Assembly: GCA_051294375.1 (NCBI GenBank)
Contig: JBJCIZ010000207.1
Coordinates: forward strand, 6,731-70,730
Reading direction: 5' to 3'
DNA length: 64,000 bases
Source of the DNA: Paraspadella gotoi
Lineage: Eukaryota; Animalia; Chaetognatha
A program made the position numbers and the translations under genes. How positions within the stretch are numbered: the first letter of the stretch is position 1; every line of letters begins with the position of its first letter. Positions 1 to 12,142 of this stretch are shown here, in pieces. The notes beneath the pieces are model-generated. The model was not told where the DNA came from and searched no databases. It saw only the letters and a program-made list of their open reading frames with translations.

Positions 1-621
1 ATATACTAAGGGGCAGGAGGAGGAAAGAAGAAGAAGAGGAGGAGGAGAATTGGACGACAGGCTAAATCCTCCTCTGCGTCCCTCCTCTTGACAAAGATGT
101 CATGTCCAGGCCCCCAATGGCGTGGCATTACATCGTCATGCTTCCCTCTGGACTAAAAAAACAAAGACACAGAACTAAAAAAGTGAGAGAAGTCACAAAC
201 TAAAACTATTGGATTTCTATTTCTATTTAAATGATTAAAGGTTTATTTTTAATTTATGTCACAGTCATTGACAAGTTATGCCACTGCACCATGACTGATA
301 TTGATTCTCAAAAAAATGGTAGTGGTAGAGTCTGTGCTAAAAATGTGGCAAATTTCTGACGCAACCATGGTTGTAAGTCTATTTCCATCAGTTGAGGGCA
401 AGTTTTTTTGCGTTGTCCAAAAGCAGGTTGCCTTCTTTGGTGTTTAGGAACACGTCGATGAGGGGGGATATAGATCTTTTCAGCGCAGGTTTGAGTGATC
501 ATGTATTCTTTCCAGGGTCCATTTCTTTCATTTCTTAATTTTGTTTCCCATTTCTTGACCGGAAACTGATAAGAGCAGGCTTGATTTTTGTGTTGATTCT
601 TGTTTGAGTTGATTCTTGCGA
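1..621 (-). mobile_element. Partial copy of the pol-less TQT-ORF LTR element (3' part of ORF, PPT, part of LTR; runs off the window start)
   Basis: Reverse complement of 36495-37121. ORF 308-502 (KIYIPPHRR...LAQTLPLPFF) gives the intact C-terminus of the family ORF. Confidence 0.85.
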
Positions 622-1942
622 ATGAATAGAGAAAACATTCGTTTCGGGCGAGTGGGAATCAAGATTCTGAGTTTTCATGCTTTTTTTTTGGTCAGCCCCA
701 GTTTTCCATCAGAAAACCAAATAAAATATTATAAACATGGTTATATTTCGAAAGAGGGGCGTCTTGGGAAGCCCGTGCCGGTGGAGCAATTTTAAAATTC
801 AGTCATCTTAATATGTTAGGTGGACCCAAAGTGGACTGGTTTTACGGAGTTTTAGCTTCCGTAACTTGAACTTACTCGTTCTCCTATCCTAGACTAAATA
901 AATGGGTATGGTTACACAGTCAGATAGACTCTTGTCTTATCTAAGACAGGGTATCTATTTTTTTTAAAATTTTACCAAGCTTGTTTAATTTAACAATCCA
1001 ATTAACTGGTTTTTTGGGCTTTATTTTCCATGTATAACCGTCCTTAACTATTTCTTTTAAACTGACCGAAAGATCAATTTGTACGTTGTCATTTTTTTCT
1101 CGGTGGAGCAATCGTGATTTTAATATGAAATAAGAGGAAATCCTTGACTTTTGTTTGCTCTGGGATTCTTTACACGGCTCTGATTTTTTTTTTATGTAAA
1201 ACTGCGGCGTTTTGACCAGGAGTCATGACTAAGTTATAAACAATCAATATCGTTTGCGATAACCTTCAACTATTTGCCCAAAAGTTAACAGGCTTCGTAA
1301 TACGAGTACTATAATATTGTCATTTTCGAAACGAAACAGGCCAGAACAGGCAACCGCCCGCCTCACCGTTAGGTGAGAGGAGGGCCCTCGGTAGGCCTAT
1401 CAGGTCTTAGAGATATTCGAGTGGCACTTGGCATCTTTTCAGCCGGATCGCTACCAGATCTTTCCATGTCCCACTCCACCACAATATCCTTTCAACCTAT
1501 GACAGGTCAATGACCCGACCACATCGTCAATGTCCCTCATTTGCCCGGCCGGGAGGGGGCCAGCTCATTTTTGAGCTCTTTCTTACCTTACCATTTCACT
1601 TACTCTTAACTTATCTATCCCTCACTGCTTATTCTTCTTTTTTCACTTTCCTTATTTCAAAATTAATTCTCAGTTAATAACTAACTTATTAAATATTGTT
1701 ATATATTTAGTTTCTCTAATTTTATCATTGTTGTACATTGCCTAATCTATCTCTCTCTCTCTCTCCCTTTCACCAAATTTTCCAATTTTCAAATTCACTT
1801 ACTTTCTTCTTCCCTGCCTTTACCTTCACCTGTCCTTACATCTGACCACTATCCCTCACTTAATTCTTTGTTGGAAACTCTCTCTTTTTCTTTCTCTCTC
1901 TCTCTCTCTCCAAAACTGATGTTTGACTGTTATTTTCACTTT

Positions 1943-1978
1943 CTGATGAAGACTTGAAACATAGAGTCGAAACATGTC
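1943..1978 (+). ncRNA. Minimal type I hammerhead ribozyme in a Penelope-like pLTR
   Basis: CTGATGA-A-GACT..AGTC-GAAA-CATGTC. Preceded by a pyrimidine-rich tract shared with 40820-41050(-) and 39805-39870; followed by AATAAATTGTTGTT. Confidence 0.8.
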
Positions 1979-3656
1979 CTTATAAACTTAATAAATTGTT
2001 GTTTAAAAACGAATTTTTCTTTACACTCCTTAATAGAGCTCCCAGAAATATACATTTATGAAAGTTCCTGATACCTGCAAAGTTTCTTGTGCCAAATTTA
2101 GTGGAGAAAACGAATATCACAATAAAAATTTTTTCTGGATGCTCATGGATTTTCCACGCCAGTTTTTTGCGTCGAACCACTTCCGGTTTTAAAAATTCCG
2201 GATTTTTGGAAACAAATAAGCTGTTATTCAGCCAGCATACTTAAATTCTCTATTCGAAACCCCCCCCCCACATTAGCCTTTTGTCTCTCCAAAAGGCGAG
2301 ACACCGCGCTGTGACCAGACATGTGAAACAGAAACAAAAGTCTAACGAAAAAACCAGACTCCCGGCCTCAGCGACAGCAGAGCTGCTGCAGGGCCCAGTC
2401 CCGAGGCTGCATCACTCTGTCGAAGTGCTGCTGAGCCGGGGAACGCGTCACTTCTTTTTTCGCGCTCAATGTGATCAGTCGCTTTCGCTTATTTTAGCGC
2501 TTTTTTTCGATTATTATCGGGACTTTCCTTCGATATTATTACCTTTTCATATCGAATTTTGAACTTTCACGCTCGTCTTATGTTTTCTCTCGACGATCGT
2601 AAGAATTCGCGCGATAAACCTCGAGAAGGATCGCGCGATCGCAGTTCGACGAAATCTTCGGTTTCGACCAAGGGTTTCAGGGACCCTGAGATTCACGTGG
2701 GCGCGACTGCGTCGCAAGATGCCTCGCGCCCCGGTGTTTCTCTCCACCCCCTCCTCCGCTTTAGGCGCTGTCTTCCGTTACCTCGGTTACGGCGCCTCGG
2801 GCCGCGCGCGCAGGGTCGCCGCAACCCGGCACCAGTGGTGTCGGTTTGGGGGGTGGACAGTAAGGCGTAGTAAAATTCCAAAGTTTAACTTTAAATAAAA
2901 TTCTAAAAGAATATTAAAGTATTATTACAAAATCTCGGTCTTGTAGTTTACAAATAACCTTCGCCGAATTGTAAACAAATGCTTTTTGGTTTTCAATCGC
3001 TTGTAATTCTTCAGTTGTGATTTTGGCTGAGTAACAATTTGTAACTTTCTCCCGTTTTATTTCTTTTGTTTTACGTTATTTAATATAACTGAATACTCAA
3101 TCCTCTATTAATATATTAGGCTAAATAGATTCGTCAGTTATTACAGGAGCTAGTAATAAAGACGACATGGTGGCATCAGCTTTGTTCGGTCCCCACGTCT
3201 TGTTGCTATTGCTACTTTAAGTGGGGATGGGGTGCGAGTTATTCATGAGCTAATATGGTTTATTAATATAGCGATAATTAAGAATAAGATAAAATATAAT
3301 AACTAAGTGGGGTGTTTAATTTCCACTCTCCCTCACATCGGCGTGGGTGGATGTTAAACTAGCATTTTGGCGGGTCCTTGTCATCAGGGTGGGTGGTGAG
3401 CTTTAGCTTACAGGGGCTCGACACTTTGCCGTCTGCGGGGTAGACGAAAAACTCCTGCCCAGCGTTGAGCCATCCTTGGCGACGTAAAAACCGGAAAACC
3501 CCGTTAAAGAATTACCATGAAATAATATGGAATTCGTCACATAGCGTCAAACTTTTTTTTTGCGCACTTTATCGCATTTGGTCGCTATTTATTTTTTTTG
3601 AATAATAAAAATCGTTTTCGCTTCCTTGCATTTGCTATGACAAATGTTGATTGACA

Positions 3657-3757
3657 GAGGCCCATTAAGCTGGGACCATTTGCCTCTGCAAATGACGGAG
3701 GCCCATTAAGCTGGGAACATTTGCCTCTGCAAATGACGGAGGCCCATTAGGCTGGGA
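3657..3757. repeat. 41-bp tandem repeat, ~2.5 copies
   Basis: Unit GAGGCCCATTAAGCTGGGACCATTTGCCTCTGCAAATGACG at 3657, 3698 and 3739 (partial). Confidence 0.9.
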
Positions 3758-4269
3758 AAATGTCAAAAATGACATTCTATTACCTCTATTTTAGGAATAA
3801 GATAGATCGACAGGATGTGTGACCGCGTTTCTAATGATAGGGATAAATATACCCGTTAATTTAGATCCGTTTGTGTGAGTTCATTTAAGTTAGTGTAGTT
3901 TATAATTTAAAGGGTCAAAATGGCACACCCGTGAGCCCGGAGGAATTCTGAGGCTACACGGCACCGAAAAAATGGGATAAAAATGCCCAACAAAATCTTG
4001 ATTCTATTTATATATATATATATTGGCGACAGTTGCGGCCGACGAGCGACAGTCAAAGGGAAAGTTACGTTTCTCTTTCTGGATCGAAAGCAGCAGCGGC
4101 AGCTGCAGTCCGAATGACAGCTGGAAAGGAATGTGACGACAACTTCTTTTCGCCGATCGTGACAAAGCGACGTGCGCGGCGGGCGCCGCGACGCCGACCC
4201 CTTTTACCTGGGACCAGGTGCAAAATGCCCGAAACAATTTTATGAACTATAAAGTTTAAATGACTTTAA

Positions 4270-4337
4270 CAAAGTTCGAAAATAGTTTCTTCAACGATTT
4301 TTATAAAAATCGTTGAAGAAACTATTTTCGAACTTTG
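4270..4337. repeat. Perfect 68-bp spacerless palindrome
   Basis: CAAAGTTCGAAAATAGTTTCTTCAACGATTTTTA|TAAAAATCGTTGAAGAAACTATTTTCGAACTTTG. Confidence 0.95.
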
Positions 4338-5086
4338 CTTAAATCTCAACTCAACGAAACTGAAAGGATTATTACAATGACTTTAACGTAATCGTTGACA
4401 TATCATTAATAACTGATAATATCATAAGGATATATCAATAGTATGGCTGTTTTAAAATGCACAAAAATGTTTTTAAATATTGACACCCGGTATCGTAATG
4501 TGAAACGTATGTAAGTGATGTTACAATTTGAGGGATATAATATGGTTATAAGTAATAGTAATATGGACTAGAAAGAATGACAGTTTTGAGTTAGACAATT
4601 TTGACAAATTATTTTGAAAGCTTAGCTTCACTAGTTGTGAGTTAGGTTTAGAACATGAGTTTAATAACAGAATGCGATTTTAAAATTATTATATCTTAGT
4701 CATTTTATATATAATTCATTTATGCTATGGTAATAGATGTGGTTAACTTATAACTAGTTAATTTAATAACTAGTTTGCTTTGAAATGAAAAAAAAATAAT
4801 ATTTTAAGAAAATTTAAAGTATGTTTTAAAATATTTTAAGAGATAAAAATGAGCTATTCAATTATGTATTAGTATATAATTATAATATGAAATACTATAG
4901 TTTTTAGAATTTTAATCCTGAAACTAATTTTGATATTTTGCATGTTGTCAAAAGTATTGTGAAACCTTTTAATTGGTTAGTTATGTTAACTAATCATGAA
5001 CATAAATACCTTTAAACTCGTGAATCTTCTAAGACTGTCTATAATCCATTGCATTATTAGAATTACATTATAATCCTTTTATAATT

Positions 5087-7264
5087 ATATATTAGACCTT
5101 GCCATATATGAAAAGTTTTGAAATCAAAAAACGGTATTGGGTAAAAGGTGCCCATACATCATATGAATTTTTTGAACATTTTTTTTCAAAAAAAAATTTA
5201 CAGTAAATGCTGCCGAACTTTGAAAAAAATGAAAAAAAAAATGGTAAAAAATGACTTTTTGCTAAATATCTTTAAAAGCTTTATTGCTAGAGGACGAAAC
5301 CCAAACTATCTTGTAGAAGTGGAAAAAATTGGACTATGTTACATACCTCGCATTATAATTAAGTTAGTTTTTACTAAGGAAAATATTTTTTAAAAACCTA
5401 TTGTTTTGGTCAATTTTTGATAAAAATTTTTGTGTTTTTTTCCTTTCTGTTTCGTTGTGATTTGATTTAGAACAATTGACATTGGCGCTGAAGAAGACTC
5501 GTATAGTGAGTCGAAACATGTGCCGTTTCACTTATGAAATAAAAATCGTTGTTAAATCTCTTTTCAAACTTTGTTCTAGAATAAAATTTTTTAAAAAATA
5601 ATATTTTAACCAATGTTCGTGAAATATTTGTAAAAAAAATTATGGCGAATTGAATAAAGAAATAATTGCCTGTTTTTGCTAAAGAATTTTAAAAAAGGAT
5701 TATCGCGTTAAGAAGTTATAATTTTTTTAAATTAAAAAAAAAATCACTTTTCTTAATAATTATTTTTATTTAATAGGTTTGAACTAAGCTAAAGGGAAAA
5801 AGGAATGCACTTGTTTTCAGAGTAAATAAAAAATAGTAAATTCTGATTTGGACAATGGGTACTTTAATATTTTGTCTTACCAGCGTCATTAAAGTTTTTT
5901 AAAATTTTATCAATTTTATAATCGAATTATGACTTTTAAATAATAGGTTATGTTCTTTTTCTTTTTTTTCTAATATAAAGAAAAAAGAAAAATTGCACAA
6001 AACGATTAAATGATTAAAAATTTGATAAAATGAGACAAGAGTAAATATATATGAAAGTTAAAAACTGAGAAAAGTGCTTGCTGCTTGCCGTCGAGAAAAA
6101 AAAGGTTTAGTGCCAAAGAAAGAAACTAGTTATCTATTTTTTTTTATCTATTCATGAATTTATAGTTAATAATTAAGTCTATTGTAAATAGTTGATTTAG
6201 TTTTAAAATATAATTATTAATTCATCTTTGATTTTATTCATTCATATCTTGTATAGTTGATGAATTTATCACACAAGTCGGATCTATTCTTAAATTTATC
6301 AAGCAAGCTTATATATTTTTTCCAAGTCTTTTACAACTTTTGATTAAGCAATTATATTTAACACAAATTATAATTCAACTCAGTTCTGGAGAACTAGCCT
6401 TAACAAAGGTAATTTATGAAAAAAATAGAATAACTAGTTTTTTTTCTTTGGCACTCTAGATGACTTTTTTTCTCTCGATCCGGTAAGCAGCAAGCAACTT
6501 CTCTCAGTTGCTTTTTTTGTCTCATTTTATCAATTTTTAATCATTTAATCGCTTTTGTCAATTTTTTTTTCTTCTTATATAGAAAAAAAAAGAAAAAAAC
6601 TACTTTATAAAAGTCATAATTCGATTATTAAAAATGATAAAAATTTAAAAAAACTTTAATGACCTGGTGAGACAAAATATTAAAGTTACCCATTGTCAAA
6701 TCAGAATTACTATTTTTTATTTACTCTGAAAAAATTGCATTCCCTTTTTCCCTTTAGCTTAGTTCAAACCTATTAAATAAAAATAATTATAACTCTTTAA
6801 CCGATAATCCTTTTTTAAAAATTCTTTCAGCAAAACAAAGGCAATTATTTCTTTATTCAATCGCCATAATTTTTTTTACAAAATATTTCACCAAACATTG
6901 TTAAAAATATCATTTTTTAAAAATTTTATCAAAAATATGCCCAAAACAATAGGTTTTAAAAAAAAAATTTTCCTTAGTAAAAAAACTAACTTAATTTATA
7001 ATGCGAGGTATGTAACATAGTCAATTTTTTCCAGTCAACTACTTACAACGATGAGTTGTTTTCGTCCCTCTAGCAATAAAGCTTTTAAAGATATTTAGCA
7101 AAAAGTCCATTTTTTACCATTTTTTTTTCAAAGTTGGCAGCATTTACTGTAAATTTTTTTTTGAAAAAAAATGTTCAAAAAATTCATATGATGTATGGGC
7201 ACCTTTTACACAATACTCGTTTTTTGATTTCAAAACTTTTCATATATGGCAAGGTCTAATATAT
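5087..7264. mobile_element. Foldback/MITE-like element with ~0.8-1 kb inverted arms
   Basis: Begins ATATATTAGACCTTGCCATATATGAAAAG and ends CTTTTCATATATGGCAAGGTCTAATATAT. Arms ~5087-6140 and ~6430-7264. A related terminus lies at ~37655. Confidence 0.75.
5488..5524 (+). ncRNA. Minimal hammerhead ribozyme (CTGAAGA variant), Penelope-like fragment inserted in the foldback left arm
   Basis: CTGAAGA-A-GACTC..GAGTC-GAAA-CATGTGCC, then AATAAAAATCGTTGTT. The right arm has no counterpart. Confidence 0.7.
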
Positions 7265-7462
7265 ATTCTTTTATTCTGGATTATAAGATTTTTTTGAAAA
7301 AGATAATATTTTATTGCATGTGCATTGATATATATATATATTAATGCTTCAGGGTTATACTATGCTTCTCTGGTAAAAGAAGTGGTAGTAATATTGATTA
7401 AGTATGTATTGAACAACTGAGTTTTATATTTTATTTCCTAATGAAAAGAAGTAATCAATTTG

Positions 7463-10200
7463 AAAGACTCGTATGTGAAGCGAAATACATGTCCGTTTCA
7501 CTATATGAAATAAAAATCGTCTGGTTTAAATCTCTTTTCTTTCAAACTTTGCTTCTAGATAAAATTTTTAAAAATAATATTTTTAAACAATGTTCGTGAA
7601 ATATTTTGTAAAACAATATATGGCGAATGAATAAAGGAAATAATGCCTTTGTTTTGGCTGAAAGAATTTTTAAAAAAGGATTATCGGTTAAAGAGTTATA
7701 ATTTTTTTAAAATTAAAAAAAAATTCACTTTTCTTATAATTATTTTTATTAATAGGTTGAACCTAAGCTAAAGGAAAAAAAGAATGCACTTTTCAGAAGA
7801 AATAAAAAAAATAGAAATTCTGATGACAATGGTAACTTTAATATTTTGTCTTACCAGGTCATAAAGTTTTTTTAAAATATCATTATAATCGAATTATGAC
7901 TTTTAAATAAGTAGTTTTTTTCTTTTTTTTTCTATATTAAAAGAAAAAGAGAAAATTGACAAAAACGATTATTTTTAATTTTAAATGATTAAAAAAATTT
8001 GATTTAAAGAGACAGGAGTAATAATTAATGAAGTTTAATAACTGAGGAAAAGTGCTTGCTGCTGTCCGGCGAGAGAAAAAAAAAAATTTAGTGCCAAAGA
8101 AAGAAAACTTAGTTATTCTATTTTTTGTTATCTAATTCATGATTTATAGTTAATAATTAAGTCTATTGAAATAGTTGATTTAGTTTAAATATAATTATTT
8201 AATTCATCTTGATTTATTCATCTTCATATCTTGTATAGTGATGAATTTATCAACAAGTCGGATCTATTCTAATTTATCAAGCAAGCTTAATATATTTCCA
8301 AGTCTTTACAACTTTTGATGTTAAGCAATATTCAATTTAACACAAATTAAATCAACTCAGTTCTGGTGAGAGAGAAACTAGTACGCTAACAAAGGTAATG
8401 ATGAAAAAATAGAATAACTAGTTTTTCTTGGCACTACTAGAGACTTTTTTCTTCCGAGTCGGTACAGCGAGCGAAGCTGGTTGTCAGTTGCGCTTTTTGT
8501 CTCAGTTTATCAATTTTGTGGAATCAATTTAAGTCGCTTTTGTCAATTTTTTTTTTCTTTTATAATAGAAAAAAAAATAAGAAAAAAAACTATAAATTTA
8601 TTAAAGTCATAAATTCGATTATAAAATGATAAAATTTAAAAAAACTTTAATGACGCTGTGAGAACAAAATAATTAAAGTTACGCAATGTCAAATCAGGAA
8701 ATTACTAATTTTTTTTATTACTGTCTGAAAAAAATTGTCATCCCTATTTTCCCGCTTAGCTTTATGTTCAAACCTATTAAATAAAAATAATTATAAACTC
8801 TTTAACCGATAATTCCTTTTTTTAAAAATTCTTTCGGCAAAACAAAGCAATTATTTCTTTATTTCAATCGGCCATAGATTTTTTTTCAGGAAATATTTTA
8901 CAACATTGTAAAAATAATGATTTTTTATAAAATTTCTATCAAAATTTTGCCCAAAAAATAGTTTTAAAAAAATTTTCCTTAGTAAAAGAGATAACTTAAC
9001 TTGATTTATAATGGCGAGGTATGTAACATATCGTCAATTTTTTTCGCACTCTATCAAGATAGTTTGGTTTTCGTCCCTCTAAGCAATAAAGCTTTTCTAA
9101 GAAGATGAGTAGCAAAAAGTCCATTTTTTACCAATTTTTTTTTTTTTCAAAGTTGGCAGATTTACTGTAAATTTTTTTTGAAAAAAAATGTTCAAAAAAA
9201 TTCATATGATGTTATGGGCACCTTTTACACAATACTGCGTTGTTTTGTATTTCAAAAACGTTTTTCATATACTGGCCAAGGTTCTAATATATATTCTTTA
9301 ATTCTGGATGTATATTAGATTTTTTTTGATAAAAGATAAATATTGTTATTTGCATGTGCATGATAATATATATATTTTTAATGCTTCAGGGTGTATTACT
9401 ATGCTTGGTAACAGAGAGTGGTAGTAATAATTGAATTAAGAGTATTGTATGAACAACTGAGTTACTTATATTTTATTTCCTAATGAAAGAAGTAATCAAT
9501 TTTGATCCGCCTTTAATGGATACATGGGGAATGTATAATCTGTAAATGTGTTTTATTCAATCTGTAAATAAGATGGCAGTATATTAGTATATAGTGGTGA
9601 ATAACATGGTTTGGCAAATTTTGAGATTAAAATGTGGATTTTTGGTTTTGGTTTCGTTCGCCTCTAGCAATAAACGCTTTTAAAGATATTTTCAAGCAAA
9701 AAGTCGCATTTTTTAGCCATTTTTTTTTCAAAGTTGGCAGCATTTACTGTAAATTTTTTTTTTGAAAAAAAATGTTCAAGAAAAATTCATATGACATGAT
9801 GGGCACCTTTTACACAATACTGTTTTTTTGACTTTCCAAAACTTTTCATATATGGCAAGGTCTAATATATTTCTTTTTATTCTGGATTATTAAGTATTTG
9901 AAAAAGATAATATTTTATTGCTGTGCATTGATTATATATATATTAATGCTTCAGGGTTATACTATGCTTCTCTTGGTAAAAGAAGTGGTAGTAATATTGA
10001 TTAAGTATGTATTGAACAACTGAGTTTATATTTTATTTCCTAATGAAAAGAAGTAATCAATTTTTGATCCGCGCTTTAATGGATACACGGGTGAAACTGT
10101 AAAATGTGTTTTATTCAAATTCTTAAAATAAGATGCAGTATATTGAATAATTGGTGAATACACATTGGGTTTGGCAAATTTTGAGATAAAATTGTGATTT
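7463..10200. repeat. Noisy re-copies of the foldback and its flank (probable assembly redundancy)
   Basis: 7463-~9505 repeats ~5494-7462 with scattered indels; ~9650-10200 repeats part of it again. Confidence 0.7.
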
Positions 10201-12117
10201 TGGAAGATGGGTAAGGTAAAGATGACTAATTAATACATTACAATAAACTAAAAACAATTATATCTTAAAGATGACTATATTAATACATACAAATAAACTA
10301 AAAACAATTATATCTTAAAATTTTGTTACAGTTTATATAAAAGTTAACTGAAGTTGACTGTTTAATTTAAATTTTTAATAACTGTTTATACTGAACTAAT
10401 TAAAAATAAGATAAACATTTTGATTATATTGAAGCTCTCAATGTTTAATTTGTATAAATATTATTTTAATTATGATTAGTATGGAAATGAATAATTCTAT
10501 TTATTAAAATAAACTAATAAATAATAAAATTTGGAATACTAATATTTATTTAACTTAGTTTTATCCTAGTCCAATTGTATATATAAATAGGATTATATTG
10601 ACCACTTTTTATAACTTTTAGTTCTCTCAAAAAAAATTTATTTTTTCCTTCTACTACTTAATAGCCATAGCCGATGAAATTTAAAATGCTAATTATTACA
10701 GCGTTAAAATAATCTATCATGACCATTAGGTTATGGTATTAAAATATTTTTGTCAAAAATGCTTTCTTCTGGAGGGGTACTAGCCAAAATTAAAAATATT
10801 ATATTACTATATAGAGCAAAAAATTTTTTTTTTGAAATCTAAAATTTTTGAATGGATTCTGATAAAGCATAAAAAGTTAAACAAGAAATATAATTACAGC
10901 TTTTTAAAAATTCTTACGTTTTCTAAGTGAAAATATAAAAAACTATAAAATCATCGAAAGATGATGATGATGATGATTTTTTACAGTTTTTTTATTTTTG
11001 ACACACTTATCGTAAAAAATATTTAAAAAAGAATTATAACTTTGTGTAGACAACTTTTTATGAGCTATCTGAATCTGTCTTAAAATTTAAAAATTATCAA
11101 AAATAATAATTTTGGTGGCCTTTCCTATCTATAAATAAATATTAAAAATTAATTACTAGGGTATAGAGGCCATAATGAAATTTTTGTCCATTGAAAGTAT
11201 TCTTAATATATGTTTTGAAATATTCGTTTGATGCATGTACTCACTCTAAATTTTTGACTCACGCCCATTGAGTGCGGCTACCCCTACTACTAAAATCGAT
11301 TTTTCAATGTAACTTTTTGAATTAGTTCATTTGGTTTGTTGCACTGAAGCTTTTTAAATATTGATTAATATATAACAAATGACACAAAAAATTTTAAAAA
11401 ATGTGATTTTTTTAAGAACGGGTTCTTTGTAGAGCTTTAAAAAGTTAAATGAAAATTAGTAATATTAATTTTTTCAAAATTTGACAATTAATTGGTTAAA
11501 AATAAAAAAAACCTAAAAAAAATCATCATCATTATTTGGCATGAATTTTTATTTTTTTTAAATTTTTCATTAATAAAACAAAAAAAATTTTAAAAAGTTG
11601 TATAAAATAACCTTTATCTAACTTTAAAGCTCTATCAGAAATCTCTATTTAAAAAAAAATTGATAAGCAAAATTTTAAAAATTATTTTCATTTACATATT
11701 ATTTAATTGTCGCTTAATCCATTATTGTATTTGAGAGAACTTCTAGTTTTTTCACCTGTTTCCGGCCTAATATCTAGTAAGCGGGCCAAAATTGAAACAC
11801 TTTTTAATAACTTCCAGTTCTCTTTAAAAAATTTTTTTTCCTTTTACTACTAAATCGATTTTCAAATGTAACTTTTTTATTTTAGTTCATTGGGTTATTG
11901 CACTGAAGCTTTTAAATATTTTTTAATATTAATAATAATATATCAAGTTTTGACGGAATTGTGCCAGTGGAAATGAGTTTAGATGGAAAAAAACATAAGT
12001 CACATTTACTTGATTCTTTAATATTATGATTACTAATAAATGTTTTTAATAATTAATTAATAATATGTGAAAAAATGATGCAAGTTAAAAAAATCTTAAA
12101 AGCATAAGGATCGCGCT

Positions 12118-12142
12118 NNNNNNNNNNNNNNNNNNNNNNNNN
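12118..12142. other. Assembly gap (25 N)
   Basis: Run of N. Sequence after it (~12207-12663) repeats ~10100-10593. Confidence 1.

Noticed and set aside
3657-3757. CRISPR-like array
   Set aside because: Units are contiguous with no unique spacers, the context is eukaryotic, and there are no cas genes.
7463-10200. Biological tandem amplification of the foldback
   Set aside because: Copies differ mostly by scattered single-base indels and lie near a 25-N gap, as expected for unpolished redundant reads.
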